A DNA stretch of 63,608 bases, the filler included. It is 4 parts of 4 records of this genome, joined end to end, with 100 filler letters (N's around TTAATTAATTAA, not from the genome) between each part and the next. Parts side by side here need not be neighbours in the genome. Positions count along the whole stretch, not along the records: positions 1 to 21,259 come from SRR31156797_15796; positions 21,360 to 51,027 come from SRR31156797_15828; 2 more parts are not named here. One strand, written 5' to 3'. Below, piece by piece: positions 17,714 to 27,114 of this stretch. Each line of letters starts with the position of its first letter. Position 1 is the first letter of the stretch. The translations under genes and the position numbers were made by a program. Below the pieces are notes generated by a model. The model saw only the letters and a list, made by a program, of their open reading frames with translations, had not been told where the DNA came from and searched no databases.

Positions 17714-18727
17714 TCAAACACTCCAGCGCCCGGGTATTTTTTTTCCGCAAACGGCGCACCGATTGTCCTTGATTCTGTTTTCGCTTACGAAAAATCCCGT
17801 TCGGTTGATCAACGGTACCTTGCAGGAATGACAAAAGGTGTTTTCACCTTCGTCCCCATGTATATTGCCGGTATATACATATTGCAGGCCGGCCTCATAG
17901 CCCAGATCCCTGGCCCGCTGAAGGGTCGAAGCGGGGGTTGCACGGATGTGCATGAGGCGATAGGTGGGGTGAAAACGGCTGATGTGCCACGGGATGCCGG
18001 GGTCCAGATCCACCAGGAATCGCGCAAGATCCCGCAGTTCTTCCGGTTTATCATTCAGTCCCGGGATCAGAAGGGTTGTCACTTCGATCCAGATCCCCAT
18101 GGATTTCAGGGTTTCCAGGGTTTTCAGGACGGGTTCCAGTTTTGCGCCGCACTGTTCCCGGTAAAATTTATGGTTGAACGCTTTGAGGTCCACGTTGGCG
18201 GCATGGAGATTTTTGCCCATTTTTTGGAGCGCTTCCGGGGTCATATACCCATTGGAGACAAAAACGTTTTTCAGCCCTTTCTCCGTTGCAATCCGTGCCG
18301 TTTCCAGTGCCGTTTCCAGATAGATGGTGGGCTCGGTGTAGGTGTAGGAAATGGAGGTCGCCCCCTGATTGATGGCAGCCTGCACAATGTCTTCGGGTGC
18401 CGTATCCTCTCCCATGATACGGTTCCGGTCCAGGGGCATCTGGCTGATGTCGGCGTTCTGGCAGAAAAGACAACGAAAATTGCATCCAACCGTGGCAATG
18501 GAATAAGACCGGCTCCCCGGAAGAAAGTGAAACAAGGGTTTTTTTTCAATGGGATCGCAGTGCTCGGCAATCACTTTTCCATACACCAGACTCAGAAGGG
18601 TCCCGGACCGGTTTTCCCTTACACCGCACAGGCCCCTGTCTCCCTCTTTAATCACACAGAAATGATTGCAGAGCCGGCATTGTACTTTATTGTTGCTCAG
18701 TTTTTCATATAGACAAGCTTCTTTCAT
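17714..18727 (-). CDS. amrS: AmmeMemoRadiSam system radical SAM enzyme
   Basis: 'VQCRLCNHFC....G.CGVREN', 'DPIEKKPLFHFLPG', 'GCNFRCLFCQNADISQ', 'SYTYTEPT', 'PWHISRFHP', 'YVYTGN'. Confidence 0.93.
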   Translation of the reverse strand: MKEACLYEKLSNNKVQCRLCNHFCVIKEGDRGLCGVRENRSGTLLSLVYGKVIAEHCDPIEKKPLFHFLPGSRSYSIATVGCNFRCLFCQNADISQMPLDRNRIMGEDTAPEDIVQAAINQGATSISYTYTEPTIYLETALETARIATEKGLKNVFVSNGYMTPEALQKMGKNLHAANVDLKAFNHKFYREQCGAKLEPVLKTLETLKSMGIWIEVTTLLIPGLNDKPEELRDLARFLVDLDPGIPWHISRFHPTYRLMHIRATPASTLQRARDLGYEAGLQYVYTGNIHGDEGENTFCHSCKVPLINRTGFFVSENRIKDNRCAVCGKKIPGRWSV

Positions 18728-18749
18728 GGTGGTTTCCTCGGCTCGACTC

Positions 18750-19577
18750 TCACGCCCTCTTAAATTCTTGTGGATCCGTTTCCTGAAGGGTTTTGATCCT
18801 CATGAGCGAATGACCTGCTGTTTTCAGCCTGACTTTCAGGGGGAGATTGTCGGTTTCAAAACGGTATACAAGGGTTGCCGACAGGCCCAGAAAAAATCCG
18901 AAAGGGGAGTGTTTGAAGCTTTTCGAACCCCTGTTTAATGAAAAGGTGTCCTCAATAAAGGACGGCATGATCCGTATGCAATGCCACGAAATGGGAACCG
19001 TCCCATAGGCCAGTTTGAGAAGGGATTTGAGTTGCCAGAGGTTGTAGAGCTTGGCCTGTCCGAAAAGGGGATCCCCGAAATAGCCCTGGATGGTCTTTAG
19101 AAATCCGTTCCAGGAAAAGCTGTTGAATACGCCGATAAAAATCTTCTTTTTGGCCACGCGACCGGCTTCCCGCAAGGCAGACAGGGGGTTGTCCATGAAT
19201 TCCAGCGTGTTGATCAAAACCGCCAGGTCAAACTCGTTATCGTCAAAGGGCAGATCCTCCGCCATACCGATTTTGAAGTTGGATTTATGTCCCAGCCGGG
19301 CTTTTGCTTTTTCCAGCATTTGTGAGGAGGCATCAACGCCGCTCACGTCCAGCCCCATTTTGCTGAACATGATCAGGTGATTTCCGGTACCGCAACCGAT
19401 ATCCAGAACCCTTTCTCCCGGCTGAGGGTCCAGAAGCGATACCACAAGGGATTCCATGGCCCTGTCGATGGTTCGGATTTGATGGCTTTGCCGCCAGGAA
19501 TCATAAAAACCGAGTGTGTTTTGATCGAATATGAGACCCATGATCCGGCCCTTTGCTTTTTGACTAGCCTTAAACAA
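18750..19577 (-). CDS. Class I SAM-dependent methyltransferase
   Basis: 'ERVLDIGCGTG', 'GVDASSQML', 'AEDLPFDDNEFD', 'ALREAGRV'. Start may be the downstream Met (MGLIFD). Confidence 0.9.
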   Translation of the reverse strand: MFKASQKAKGRIMGLIFDQNTLGFYDSWRQSHQIRTIDRAMESLVVSLLDPQPGERVLDIGCGTGNHLIMFSKMGLDVSGVDASSQMLEKAKARLGHKSNFKIGMAEDLPFDDNEFDLAVLINTLEFMDNPLSALREAGRVAKKKIFIGVFNSFSWNGFLKTIQGYFGDPLFGQAKLYNLWQLKSLLKLAYGTVPISWHCIRIMPSFIEDTFSLNRGSKSFKHSPFGFFLGLSATLVYRFETDNLPLKVRLKTAGHSLMRIKTLQETDPQEFKRA

Positions 19578-19632
19578 GTTGGTTCTGATAAATTATGAAA
19601 AACCCAGCCGGGATTCAAGGAGAAAATTATCC

Positions 19633-21015
19633 ATGCCGGAAATGATCACCGACCCCGAAATTCTTGGGGCCTACAATGAGGATGCACTGGGCATTAAGGG
19701 AAGGTTTAAAGGCCTCTTCCGCCCCAATTCGGAAGCGGAAGTGGTTGACATTGTGCGGGCCTGTGCTTCAGGAAAATTATCCCTGACGGCCCAGGGGCTT
19801 CGTTCGTCCCTCACGGGGGCCGCCATTTGTGAAAAAGGTGCGGCCCTTTCCCTGGAACGGATGAACCGACTGATCCATATTGATGTGGAAAGAAAATCAG
19901 CGGTTATTGAGCCGGGGATTATTTTGTCCCATTTCAAGAAATCAGTGGAAGAAGCAGGGCTCATGTATGCGCCGGATCCCACAAGCGCGGACGAGTGTAC
20001 CCTGGGGGGGAATGTGGCCACCAATGCATCAGGTTCCCGTTCCCTTAAATATGGTGCCACCATCAACTGGGTACGGGGGTTGCGCATCGTTGATGGAAGG
20101 GGCAGGGTACTTGAAGTGAAAAACCGTACTTCCGATAAAATATGCGCCGGTTACGGCGCCATGTACCGGCCGACCCGGCTATTTGTGGGATCAGAAGGTA
20201 CCCTGGGCATTGTGACCCGGATTGAAGTGTCGTTAACTGAGCTTCCCGCCAATGTATTTGTGGGCATTGTTTTTTTCAGGGATCTCAAAAGTGCTATCGA
20301 TTTTACCATGGAAGCCACCCATGAATCCGCCTACAAGCCGGCCAGCATGGAGTTTCTGGACCGAGCCTGTCTGGAAATTATCCGTCCCAGGGCAAAAGGG
20401 ATTGCCATACCTTCCGGCGCTCGGGCAATGATCTATTTTGAACAGGAATATAACGATGACTCGGAAAAAGATCAGTGGTTGAATCTGTGGTTCCCCCTCA
20501 TGGAAAAACATACGCCCTTTTCCGATGATACCCAGATTGCCGATAGTCCAAAAGAAAAAAAGCATCTTTATGATTTGCGACATCACGTCCCCTCAAAAAC
20601 CAATGAGGAGAGCATCAAGGCGGTCAAAACTGGGGGGTGTAAAATTTCCACCGACTGGGCCGTCCCCCCTGACCGTTTGCACGATCTGTTTAAGTACTTT
20701 GACGAAATCAGATCTCCCTTGGGAGATATGACGGTTGTCCGGTTCGGGCATTTGGGAAGCGGACACCCTCATTTTAATTTTATTGCAAGAACCCGGGAAG
20801 AAAAGATCATTGCATCTAATATCGATGACCTTATGGCCAAAAAGGCGGTCGCCCTGGGGGGGTGTGTGGCGGGCGAACACGGCATCGGAAAAATGAAACG
20901 TCGTCATTTGGCATTTCAGTATCCGCAGCCCATCATCGGTGCCATGAAAGCCCTCAAGGGAGAGTTGGACCCAGGCGGGATCATGGCACCTGGGAATATT
21001 TTTGGGAGGGAATAA
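19633..21015 (+). CDS. FAD-binding oxidoreductase (GlcD / D-lactate dehydrogenase family)
   Basis: 'YAPDPTS...CTLGGNVATNASG.RSLKYG', 'LFVGSEGTLGIVT', 'FGHLGSGHPH', 'GEHGIGK', 'LDPGGIMAPG'. Confidence 0.9.
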   Translation: MPEMITDPEILGAYNEDALGIKGRFKGLFRPNSEAEVVDIVRACASGKLSLTAQGLRSSLTGAAICEKGAALSLERMNRLIHIDVERKSAVIEPGIILSHFKKSVEEAGLMYAPDPTSADECTLGGNVATNASGSRSLKYGATINWVRGLRIVDGRGRVLEVKNRTSDKICAGYGAMYRPTRLFVGSEGTLGIVTRIEVSLTELPANVFVGIVFFRDLKSAIDFTMEATHESAYKPASMEFLDRACLEIIRPRAKGIAIPSGARAMIYFEQEYNDDSEKDQWLNLWFPLMEKHTPFSDDTQIADSPKEKKHLYDLRHHVPSKTNEESIKAVKTGGCKISTDWAVPPDRLHDLFKYFDEIRSPLGDMTVVRFGHLGSGHPHFNFIARTREEKIIASNIDDLMAKKAVALGGCVAGEHGIGKMKRRHLAFQYPQPIIGAMKALKGELDPGGIMAPGNIFGRE

Positions 21016-21067
21016 GCGATTAGGTTTTCGGCAAAAAACAGCCTGCTTTTAAACCTAACAGCTATCA

Positions 21068-21259
21068 CTACCGATACTGATGATACCGTTCAACTTCTAC
21101 TTTGAGCCAGTCGGGCCAATACATTTCATCAATGGGATAACTGGCATCAAGCGCCTGAAAAGAACCGTCGCCGGCCACTTCTTTAATCCCTTCAATGGTA
21201 TTGTAACGAACTTCATCAACGCCGATTAATCGTGCCACGGCGCCATTGATTTCATCCAG
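21068..21259 (-). CDS. 3' fragment, probably amidophosphoribosyltransferase (PurF), truncated by contig end
   Basis: Manual translation LDEINGAVARLIGVDEVRYNTIEGIKEVAGDGSFQALDASYPIDEMYW... resembles the PurF C-terminus (IGaD.l.Y...egl....YP). Confidence 0.5.
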   Translation of the reverse strand: MDEINGAVARLIGVDEVRYNTIEGIKEVAGDGSFQALDASYPIDEMYWPDWLKVEVERYHQYR

Positions 21260-21359
21260 NNNNNNNNNNNNNNNNNNNNNNNNNNNNNNNNNNNNNNNNN
21301 NNNTTAATTAATTAANNNNNNNNNNNNNNNNNNNNNNNNNNNNNNNNNNNNNNNNNNNN
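21260..21359. other. Artificial contig linker
   Basis: 44 N + TTAATTAATTAA (stops in all six frames) + 44 N. Confidence 0.99.
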
Positions 21360-21389
21360 ATCGAGCATATCGAGCATATCGAGCATATC
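21360..21389. repeat. 9-bp tandem repeat (ATCGAGCAT)x3+ at contig start
   Basis: ATCGAGCAT ATCGAGCAT ATCGAGCAT ATC. Confidence 0.85.
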
Positions 21390-21590
21390 AAGATTAACTA
21401 ATTTGACAAATTCTGGCCAAGAATAACTCAGAAGGCCATATAATAAGTCACAGACATAGACTTTCCTACCAGATAACCTCTCTTCTCATTTCCTATAAAG
21501 AATTATTGCAAACCAAGTAAGTTCATCTGTATCAATGAACGTTTCCCCCTAAGGATTAAATTTTAAGCACAAGCCCATGAATGGACGGGA

Positions 21591-22886
21591 CTAGTAAAGA
21601 CTCAGCAACACATAGGCAACAGGCAGCAGATAGAGCAAGAACAAAACGAGTCGAGATGAAGCAAGCTGTTTAAAATAGACTAAGATAAAAAGTCCTGCAA
21701 AGACAGAAGTTCCCCTCAACCCCATGGACATGTAGCTCCACTTAAGAATAGTTGAATCAAGACCTGTAAACACCAACAATGATGCCAAAGCTAAAACGGC
21801 TACCGTACTCAACCGCACCAAATAAATAGGTTGCAGTATTCTCCCCCTAGAGCGTCTCTGGCTTAAGAAGTCGTTATAAATGTTTGTTGTTACCCCAAGC
21901 ACAAGGCCCGCACCTGTTCCGAGGACGATGAGCAAGATTCCGGCAGAAAAAAATGCGGCAAGCACCGGCGGAAAAGCATATCGAAGAAAATAAGGCAGCG
22001 CCTGGGCCGGACTAGCCGCAACTTCTGGATGATTAGCACGTAAATACAAACCCACTATAATACCGAGAATGCCGATAGGTGGAATTATGGCAGCGCTTAG
22101 AAAAGCACCGTTTCGAGCCTCACGCACATCTTTTGCAGAAAAAATTGCCTGCAGATAGATCTGGGTTGAGAGAACCCCAACAAGCATTGAAACCATGTCG
22201 ACAGCAGCAGTTCTCATTCCATAATGGCTAAACCCAAGCATGTCCAGTTCTTGCGGCAAACCAGAAATGATCAATTCCAAACCACCTCCTAGGTACAATG
22301 CCATCGCAGCACTTGTGAGCATAATAAAATAAAGCATGAAAAATTTAATTTTACCGATCAATCCCGCACCGGTAACACCGCCAGTTATCACAAACACGCC
22401 AATAAGAACAGTCGTAATTATAATTGAGGATATATCTCTAAAAGCAAAAATAGCCTGCAAGATGGCGATGGCGGCGAGAAACTGGCCGACAACGTGGATG
22501 AACATGCCAAGCGAGTTTATTACGCTGCAATAATGCCTGAATCTTTGCCCAAAATACTTCCCTAAATATTCTGACACGGTCACCACATTTCCCTCTCTCA
22601 GCGCACGTGCAAAAAAGCACCCAAGAAGGAAACAGGATAGCCCGCTGCCAAATGTAAAAATCCCTGCTGAAATGCCATGAGTATAAGCTGTTTGCACCGT
22701 ACCTATAGTAGATACACCGCCAACCAATGTGCCTATAATAATCCAGGATACACCGGAACTTGAAAGTGAGCGGTTCGCCACCGAAAAATCGTCGACAGAC
22801 CTGACCTTTGCCGAACGGCGGATAGCGACAACACTGATGCAGATGAAGGTGAGTAAAAAGGTGACTTGATAGATATAAGTATCCAT
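21591..22886 (-). CDS. Sodium:solute symporter family protein
   Basis: 'DDFSVANRSL', 'IIGTLVGGVSTIGT', 'VTVSEYLGKYFG', 'QIYLQAIFSAKD'; many TM helices. Start moved to MDTYIY. Confidence 0.88.
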   Translation of the reverse strand: MDTYIYQVTFLLTFICISVVAIRRSAKVRSVDDFSVANRSLSSSGVSWIIIGTLVGGVSTIGTVQTAYTHGISAGIFTFGSGLSCFLLGCFFARALREGNVVTVSEYLGKYFGQRFRHYCSVINSLGMFIHVVGQFLAAIAILQAIFAFRDISSIIITTVLIGVFVITGGVTGAGLIGKIKFFMLYFIMLTSAAMALYLGGGLELIISGLPQELDMLGFSHYGMRTAAVDMVSMLVGVLSTQIYLQAIFSAKDVREARNGAFLSAAIIPPIGILGIIVGLYLRANHPEVAASPAQALPYFLRYAFPPVLAAFFSAGILLIVLGTGAGLVLGVTTNIYNDFLSQRRSRGRILQPIYLVRLSTVAVLALASLLVFTGLDSTILKWSYMSMGLRGTSVFAGLFILVYFKQLASSRLVLFLLYLLPVAYVLLSLY

Positions 22887-23095
22887 GGTTATTAAATTGC
22901 ACTCTTGTAATATCGAACAGCATGCAGCAACGCATGTGTCAACATTTGGCACATCTCTCTTAATATAGTGAGTTAAAGTGAATTGGAGGGTATATCACAA
23001 CCCTCCAAATTTTTTCATCTGAAAGTAATCCGAAGAGGAAAAGCGGGATTTTAGATATGTGTAAAACGAATTTTATGAGAAAAAGGGTGACCGTA

Positions 23096-24514
23096 TCATT
23101 CTTGGCCCTCAATACGTTTTTTCACTCTTTTATGCAAAGCTTGTCTTGAAATACCAAGTAAACGTGAAGCTTTGCTCTGGTTGTTGCCGGTAGAGGCCAA
23201 TGCCATTTCCACAGCGTAATCACTCAACTCACTAAGGGTTGGGAAATAGCCGAAAATTGATACCAACGAAGTCGGTTCTTTTGATTCATCTTTGGAAAGC
23301 GTTACCGCTCCCTCCAAGCGACTGAAGATAACCTCATCATTGATTTCATCCCTCTCACTCAGGGCAACAGCATCATAGATGTAGGCCTTTAATTCCCTAA
23401 TATTGCCAAAGAATGGATATTTACCAAGAACCTCAACGGCATAATCGCTGATGCTTGGAACGTTTTTATTCATCACTTCAGCTGCCTGTTCCAACAGATG
23501 CTGTATAAGCAGAGGTAAATCTTCCCGCCGTTCTCTCAATGGCGGCACTTTTATGAGGTGGGTACTGAGGCGATAGTAGAGGTCCATCCTGAACTCCCCG
23601 TCCTCGCCTGCAAGTTTACTTAAATTTTTATTGGTTGCAGTAACAATTCGCGCCTGGCATTGCTGTGGTTCATCCGACCCAAGAGGATAATAAATATTTT
23701 CTTGCAGCAATCGTAGAAGTTTCACCTGTGAAGATTCTACCAGGTCACCGATTTCGTCCAGAAAGATTGTCCCATTTTTCGCCTTTTCGATCATTCCTGG
23801 CCGATCGGTTTCGGCTCCTGTATATGCGCCCCTCCGGTGTCCGAACAAGGTGTCTGAAAAAAGGTTGTCATCAAGCCCTGAAACATCAACGGCAACAAAC
23901 TCACCGGGTAAACGACTCACCTCATGGATGGACCTTGCCAGCAGCTCCTTTCCTGATCCGGTCTCGCCTAAGATAAGAGTGGGAAGACCACTGGGGCCCG
24001 TCGCATCTATATACTTGAATATGGAGAGCATACTAGCATTACGAGTAACGATATCTGCAAAAGCCATATTTGCTTTGGGCCGGTCATCAAAACTTATACC
24101 TTTAAGGGATAAAACTTCATTACGCAGTAAACCTATTTCAAGGGCATTACGCAGGGCGGAGCTGAATGTTTTAAGGTCAATAGGTTTAACAAGGTAATCG
24201 TGAGCACCCTGCTTAAGGCATTCTACTGCGGTTTCTACCTCGGAGTTAGCGGTTATGATGACAACAGGGAGATGAGGTTGCTTTTTCCTGAGTTCCTTAA
24301 GCACTTCCATACCGCTCATTTTCGGCATATTAAGATCAAGAAAAACGATCGAAGCCTGCATCGTATCTAAAGTGTTGAGTACCTTACGGCTGTCATTTTC
24401 AGTAACAACATTTTCTACACCCATTGAGTTAAGGAGAAGAGTGTATGCATCCAACTCAGGCTGCTCATCATCAACAAGAAGGACCTGACAGCTTTTCATT
24501 TCAGTAGTGATCAT
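23096..24514 (-). CDS. Sigma54-dependent response regulator (NtrC family)
   Basis: REC domain ('VLLVDDE', 'FLDLNMP'), Walker A 'GETGSGKE', 'GAYTGA', 'FLDEIG', C-terminal Fis-type HTH 'NQSKASRLLGISRQAL'. Confidence 0.95.
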   Translation of the reverse strand: MITTEMKSCQVLLVDDEQPELDAYTLLLNSMGVENVVTENDSRKVLNTLDTMQASIVFLDLNMPKMSGMEVLKELRKKQPHLPVVIITANSEVETAVECLKQGAHDYLVKPIDLKTFSSALRNALEIGLLRNEVLSLKGISFDDRPKANMAFADIVTRNASMLSIFKYIDATGPSGLPTLILGETGSGKELLARSIHEVSRLPGEFVAVDVSGLDDNLFSDTLFGHRRGAYTGAETDRPGMIEKAKNGTIFLDEIGDLVESSQVKLLRLLQENIYYPLGSDEPQQCQARIVTATNKNLSKLAGEDGEFRMDLYYRLSTHLIKVPPLRERREDLPLLIQHLLEQAAEVMNKNVPSISDYAVEVLGKYPFFGNIRELKAYIYDAVALSERDEINDEVIFSRLEGAVTLSKDESKEPTSLVSIFGYFPTLSELSDYAVEMALASTGNNQSKASRLLGISRQALHKRVKKRIEGQE

Positions 24515-26649
24515 GCGGCTGTCTCCTCATAGATCCTTTTAAGTTTTATTGAAAATTTGGTGGATTCAGGATTGCTGGTTACGGTCAACGTTCCCCCCAT
24601 TTCTTTTTCGACTATCATCTTCGCCATATACAACCCTACTCCGGTACCTGATTGGGATGATTTTGTAGTGTAATAAGGATTAAAGATAAGGGGCAGTGAA
24701 TGCTCCGAAATGCCCAGCCCATTATCCACGATATCGACATAGACAAAGGCATTATCTCCATTGACGGCAATCTCAATTTTCTTTTTAAATGGACCTTCCA
24801 CGGAAAAGGCTTTATCTAGCAAAGCATCCCTTGCGTTGGATATAATGTTTATCAGAACATGGACAAATTCACTCTTGTAACCACAAATGGTGAGTGACTT
24901 TGTTCCAGATAAATTTGCAACAGAGAGATTAATATCCGCATTTTTTATCTGAGCTTCCACTAACTTTACAGAGCTAAAAACAACTTCAAATACATTAAAA
25001 TTTTTCTTTTGTTTGGACGGCTTGACAAAATTACGGAAATTATCAATCGTTTTTGACATAAACTTAATTTGGTCACCAGCTCCGGTAACAATTTTATCAA
25101 CAAATACCCTGTTAAGTACATTGTTTAACTGAGCTGCCTGCAGGCTGGAAATATATGTAGAAAGCGTATTGAGAGGTTGACGCCATTGGTGGGCAATCAT
25201 ACCAAGCATCTCGCCGACAGCCGCCATTTTTTGAGCCTGCATCAGGTGTGCCTCTGCATCCACTCGTTTTGATATATCCCTGATGCTGGAAAGTAACAAT
25301 TTCTCATCGTTGAGCTTTAACAATTTGATATTAACCGAGGCCGGCAGCGGTGATCCGTCTTTTTTCATAAATGACCACCTGAAATAGTAATGCTGGCCTT
25401 TTCTCGTATTTTCGTATACCTCGTCGAGCATTTCAGTGCTAAGCATGCCGTCAGGTTGATACTGAGGCGATAATTCCAACAGCGTTGTACCCAGGAGCTC
25501 CCCCCTGGACATTCCGAACATTTCTTCCGTCTTCTTATTGCACTCGGAAAGTTTATAATCCTTACTTATGACGATAGCATCATTTGCGACATCAAAGAGG
25601 GTCTTATAGTAGGTTTCCACCTCCTTCCTTTTTACGATATTCCACTTCAAATCCTTTGTAATTCCGGTTATTTCCTCTTTATGCTCCTGCAGACTGGAAC
25701 TGTATCGCTGGTTGAGCATAAGTATCATCACCCCACTCCCCCCTACACTGAGCAAGACGATCAAGGCCAGGATACCCAAAGCCCTCAAAGTAAGCTCTAT
25801 AGCAAAAATCATAGTATTTTGCCGGGCCTGTTGTTTGGCTTTCTCATAAGGTGCGATAACGCATAAAAACCAGTCAGAGTCGGATATTTTTTTAAAAGAA
25901 AGGATAGAATCCTGATCAGCATGGGACAAAAAGCGAATACTTTGGGGACTTGCACCCTCAAAATGATCCATTTTTTCCTTAAGCCCTTTTTCCTGGTCAA
26001 ATACATTTACCTTCATCACGTATTCACGATTGGGGTGAACCAGGATGGTCCCTTTTTTCTCAACAATGAAGGCAAAACTATTTTTACTCACCCGCTGTTT
26101 TAAGACATTGATTTCCAGCGTATCCAAAACAGTATCAGCACCCACTACGCCAACAAGCTCGTTATTCACCCTAAAGGGGTACACAAGGGCTATAACCAGT
26201 GCGTTCGTAACAAGATCGATGTAAGGAGTAGTGAAGCTCATTTCACCGCTTTCAAAGCCATGTGTATACCATGGTCGATAACGTGGATCATACCAGGGGG
26301 CTGGAGTCCATCCCGCACCATCAACTAAAAGACCGTTCTCTTCAAGTCCAATATAGACGTCACTGAAATGCCCTGCCCTCATAGCCATCTTTAACGGCAC
26401 CAGGGTCGGCTGATTTTTTCCGATATTGTCGAGCGACATGGAATCCACAGTGGCTTTCAATATTTTTTTCTGTTGAGCCATCCAAATCTCAACAATATCC
26501 GCCGTTTTTTCTGCAGCCTCCTCCTGGTGCTTAAAAATCGTCCGCTCTATAACGTCGCGCGATATCCGATAATTCAAGCCTACGGCAATCAGGACAACGA
26601 TCGAAATGACCACCATGATCAGCATGCTTTTTTTGCTTTGAAAGCTCAT
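24511..26649 (-). CDS. Sensor histidine kinase with dCache and PAS domains
   Basis: Cache motif 'YDPRYRPWY...FTTPYIDLVT', PAS 'LSPQYQPDG', H-box 'IAHQWRQPLN', 'NARDA', 'DNGLGI', 'GTGVGLY'. Overlaps the regulator start. Confidence 0.95.
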   Translation of the reverse strand: MSFQSKKSMLIMVVISIVVLIAVGLNYRISRDVIERTIFKHQEEAAEKTADIVEIWMAQQKKILKATVDSMSLDNIGKNQPTLVPLKMAMRAGHFSDVYIGLEENGLLVDGAGWTPAPWYDPRYRPWYTHGFESGEMSFTTPYIDLVTNALVIALVYPFRVNNELVGVVGADTVLDTLEINVLKQRVSKNSFAFIVEKKGTILVHPNREYVMKVNVFDQEKGLKEKMDHFEGASPQSIRFLSHADQDSILSFKKISDSDWFLCVIAPYEKAKQQARQNTMIFAIELTLRALGILALIVLLSVGGSGVMILMLNQRYSSSLQEHKEEITGITKDLKWNIVKRKEVETYYKTLFDVANDAIVISKDYKLSECNKKTEEMFGMSRGELLGTTLLELSPQYQPDGMLSTEMLDEVYENTRKGQHYYFRWSFMKKDGSPLPASVNIKLLKLNDEKLLLSSIRDISKRVDAEAHLMQAQKMAAVGEMLGMIAHQWRQPLNTLSTYISSLQAAQLNNVLNRVFVDKIVTGAGDQIKFMSKTIDNFRNFVKPSKQKKNFNVFEVVFSSVKLVEAQIKNADINLSVANLSGTKSLTICGYKSEFVHVLINIISNARDALLDKAFSVEGPFKKKIEIAVNGDNAFVYVDIVDNGLGISEHSLPLIFNPYYTTKSSQSGTGVGLYMAKMIVEKEMGGTLTVTSNPESTKFSIKLKRIYEETAA

Positions 26650-26886
26650 GACCTTTCTACAATGTTTTGGGTAACATCAAGTGGAAAACGCTCCGCGTGT
26701 TAGCCATACGATTTCCTCCGCCATTCAACATACGTTAAGTAAACAATGGGCTGCAACTATCAAGCCAAAAGATATGTTTGAACTGGTTGACAAAGAGTAT
26801 GGCTGCCTACCGGTTTAGTCTTACATTAATCGACTATCCTCCTTGCTCTTCTAGAGCAACACCCCCCTTTTTTCCATACCGCAAGA

Positions 26887-26933
26887 GTCAACCTATCTTG
26901 ACAACGTCAACCAAGGTTGACGAACTGGTTGAC
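26887..26933. promoter_or_regulatory. Tandem GTCAA-N6-TTGAC palindromes, putative enhancer for the adjacent activator
   Basis: GTCAACCTATCTTGAC (26887-26902), GTCAACCAAGGTTGAC (26906-26921) and a half-site GGTTGAC ending at 26933; about 100 bp upstream of a sigma54 promoter. Confidence 0.7.
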
Positions 26934-27016
26934 ACCTGCCAATCATCGACTTTTCTCACATAGCTCTCTCCCCCCGTTTCCAGCGGATTTTACCGTAAAA
27001 CAGTCGAGAATCTTTT

Positions 27017-27033
27017 TTGGCACATTAGTTGCT
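27017..27033 (+). promoter_or_regulatory. Sigma54 (-24/-12) promoter of the TRAP-gab operon
   Basis: TTGGCACATTAGTTGCT, near consensus. Confidence 0.85.
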
Positions 27034-27114
27034 CAAGTCAATAGAAACAATTATGGGCAGATCGCTCAATGAGCAGTCCTGCCCACTCTAGTTAACCCCA
27101 AAAAGGAGAGTAAT

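Noticed and set aside
17828-18712. Long antisense ORFs (also 11521-12258, 16576-17334, 58416-59111, 59108-59920, 63019-63594)
   Set aside because: They are shadows of well-supported genes on the opposite strand.
17714-18727. Complete AmmeMemoRadiSam system
   Set aside because: Only amrS is here; no amrA or amrB is adjacent.
21304-21315. TTAATTAATTAA palindrome, repeated at 51072 and 58020
   Set aside because: It is identical in three N-padded 100-nt blocks: an artificial six-frame-stop linker, not biology.
21360-21389. ATCGAGCAT tandem repeat as a possible CRISPR or functional array
   Set aside because: The unit is 9 bp with no spacers, and it lies at a contig edge. It probably explains the assembly break.
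22947-22963. TTGGCAC as a sigma54 promoter
   Set aside because: There is no -12 TTGC element, and it points away from the symporter gene.
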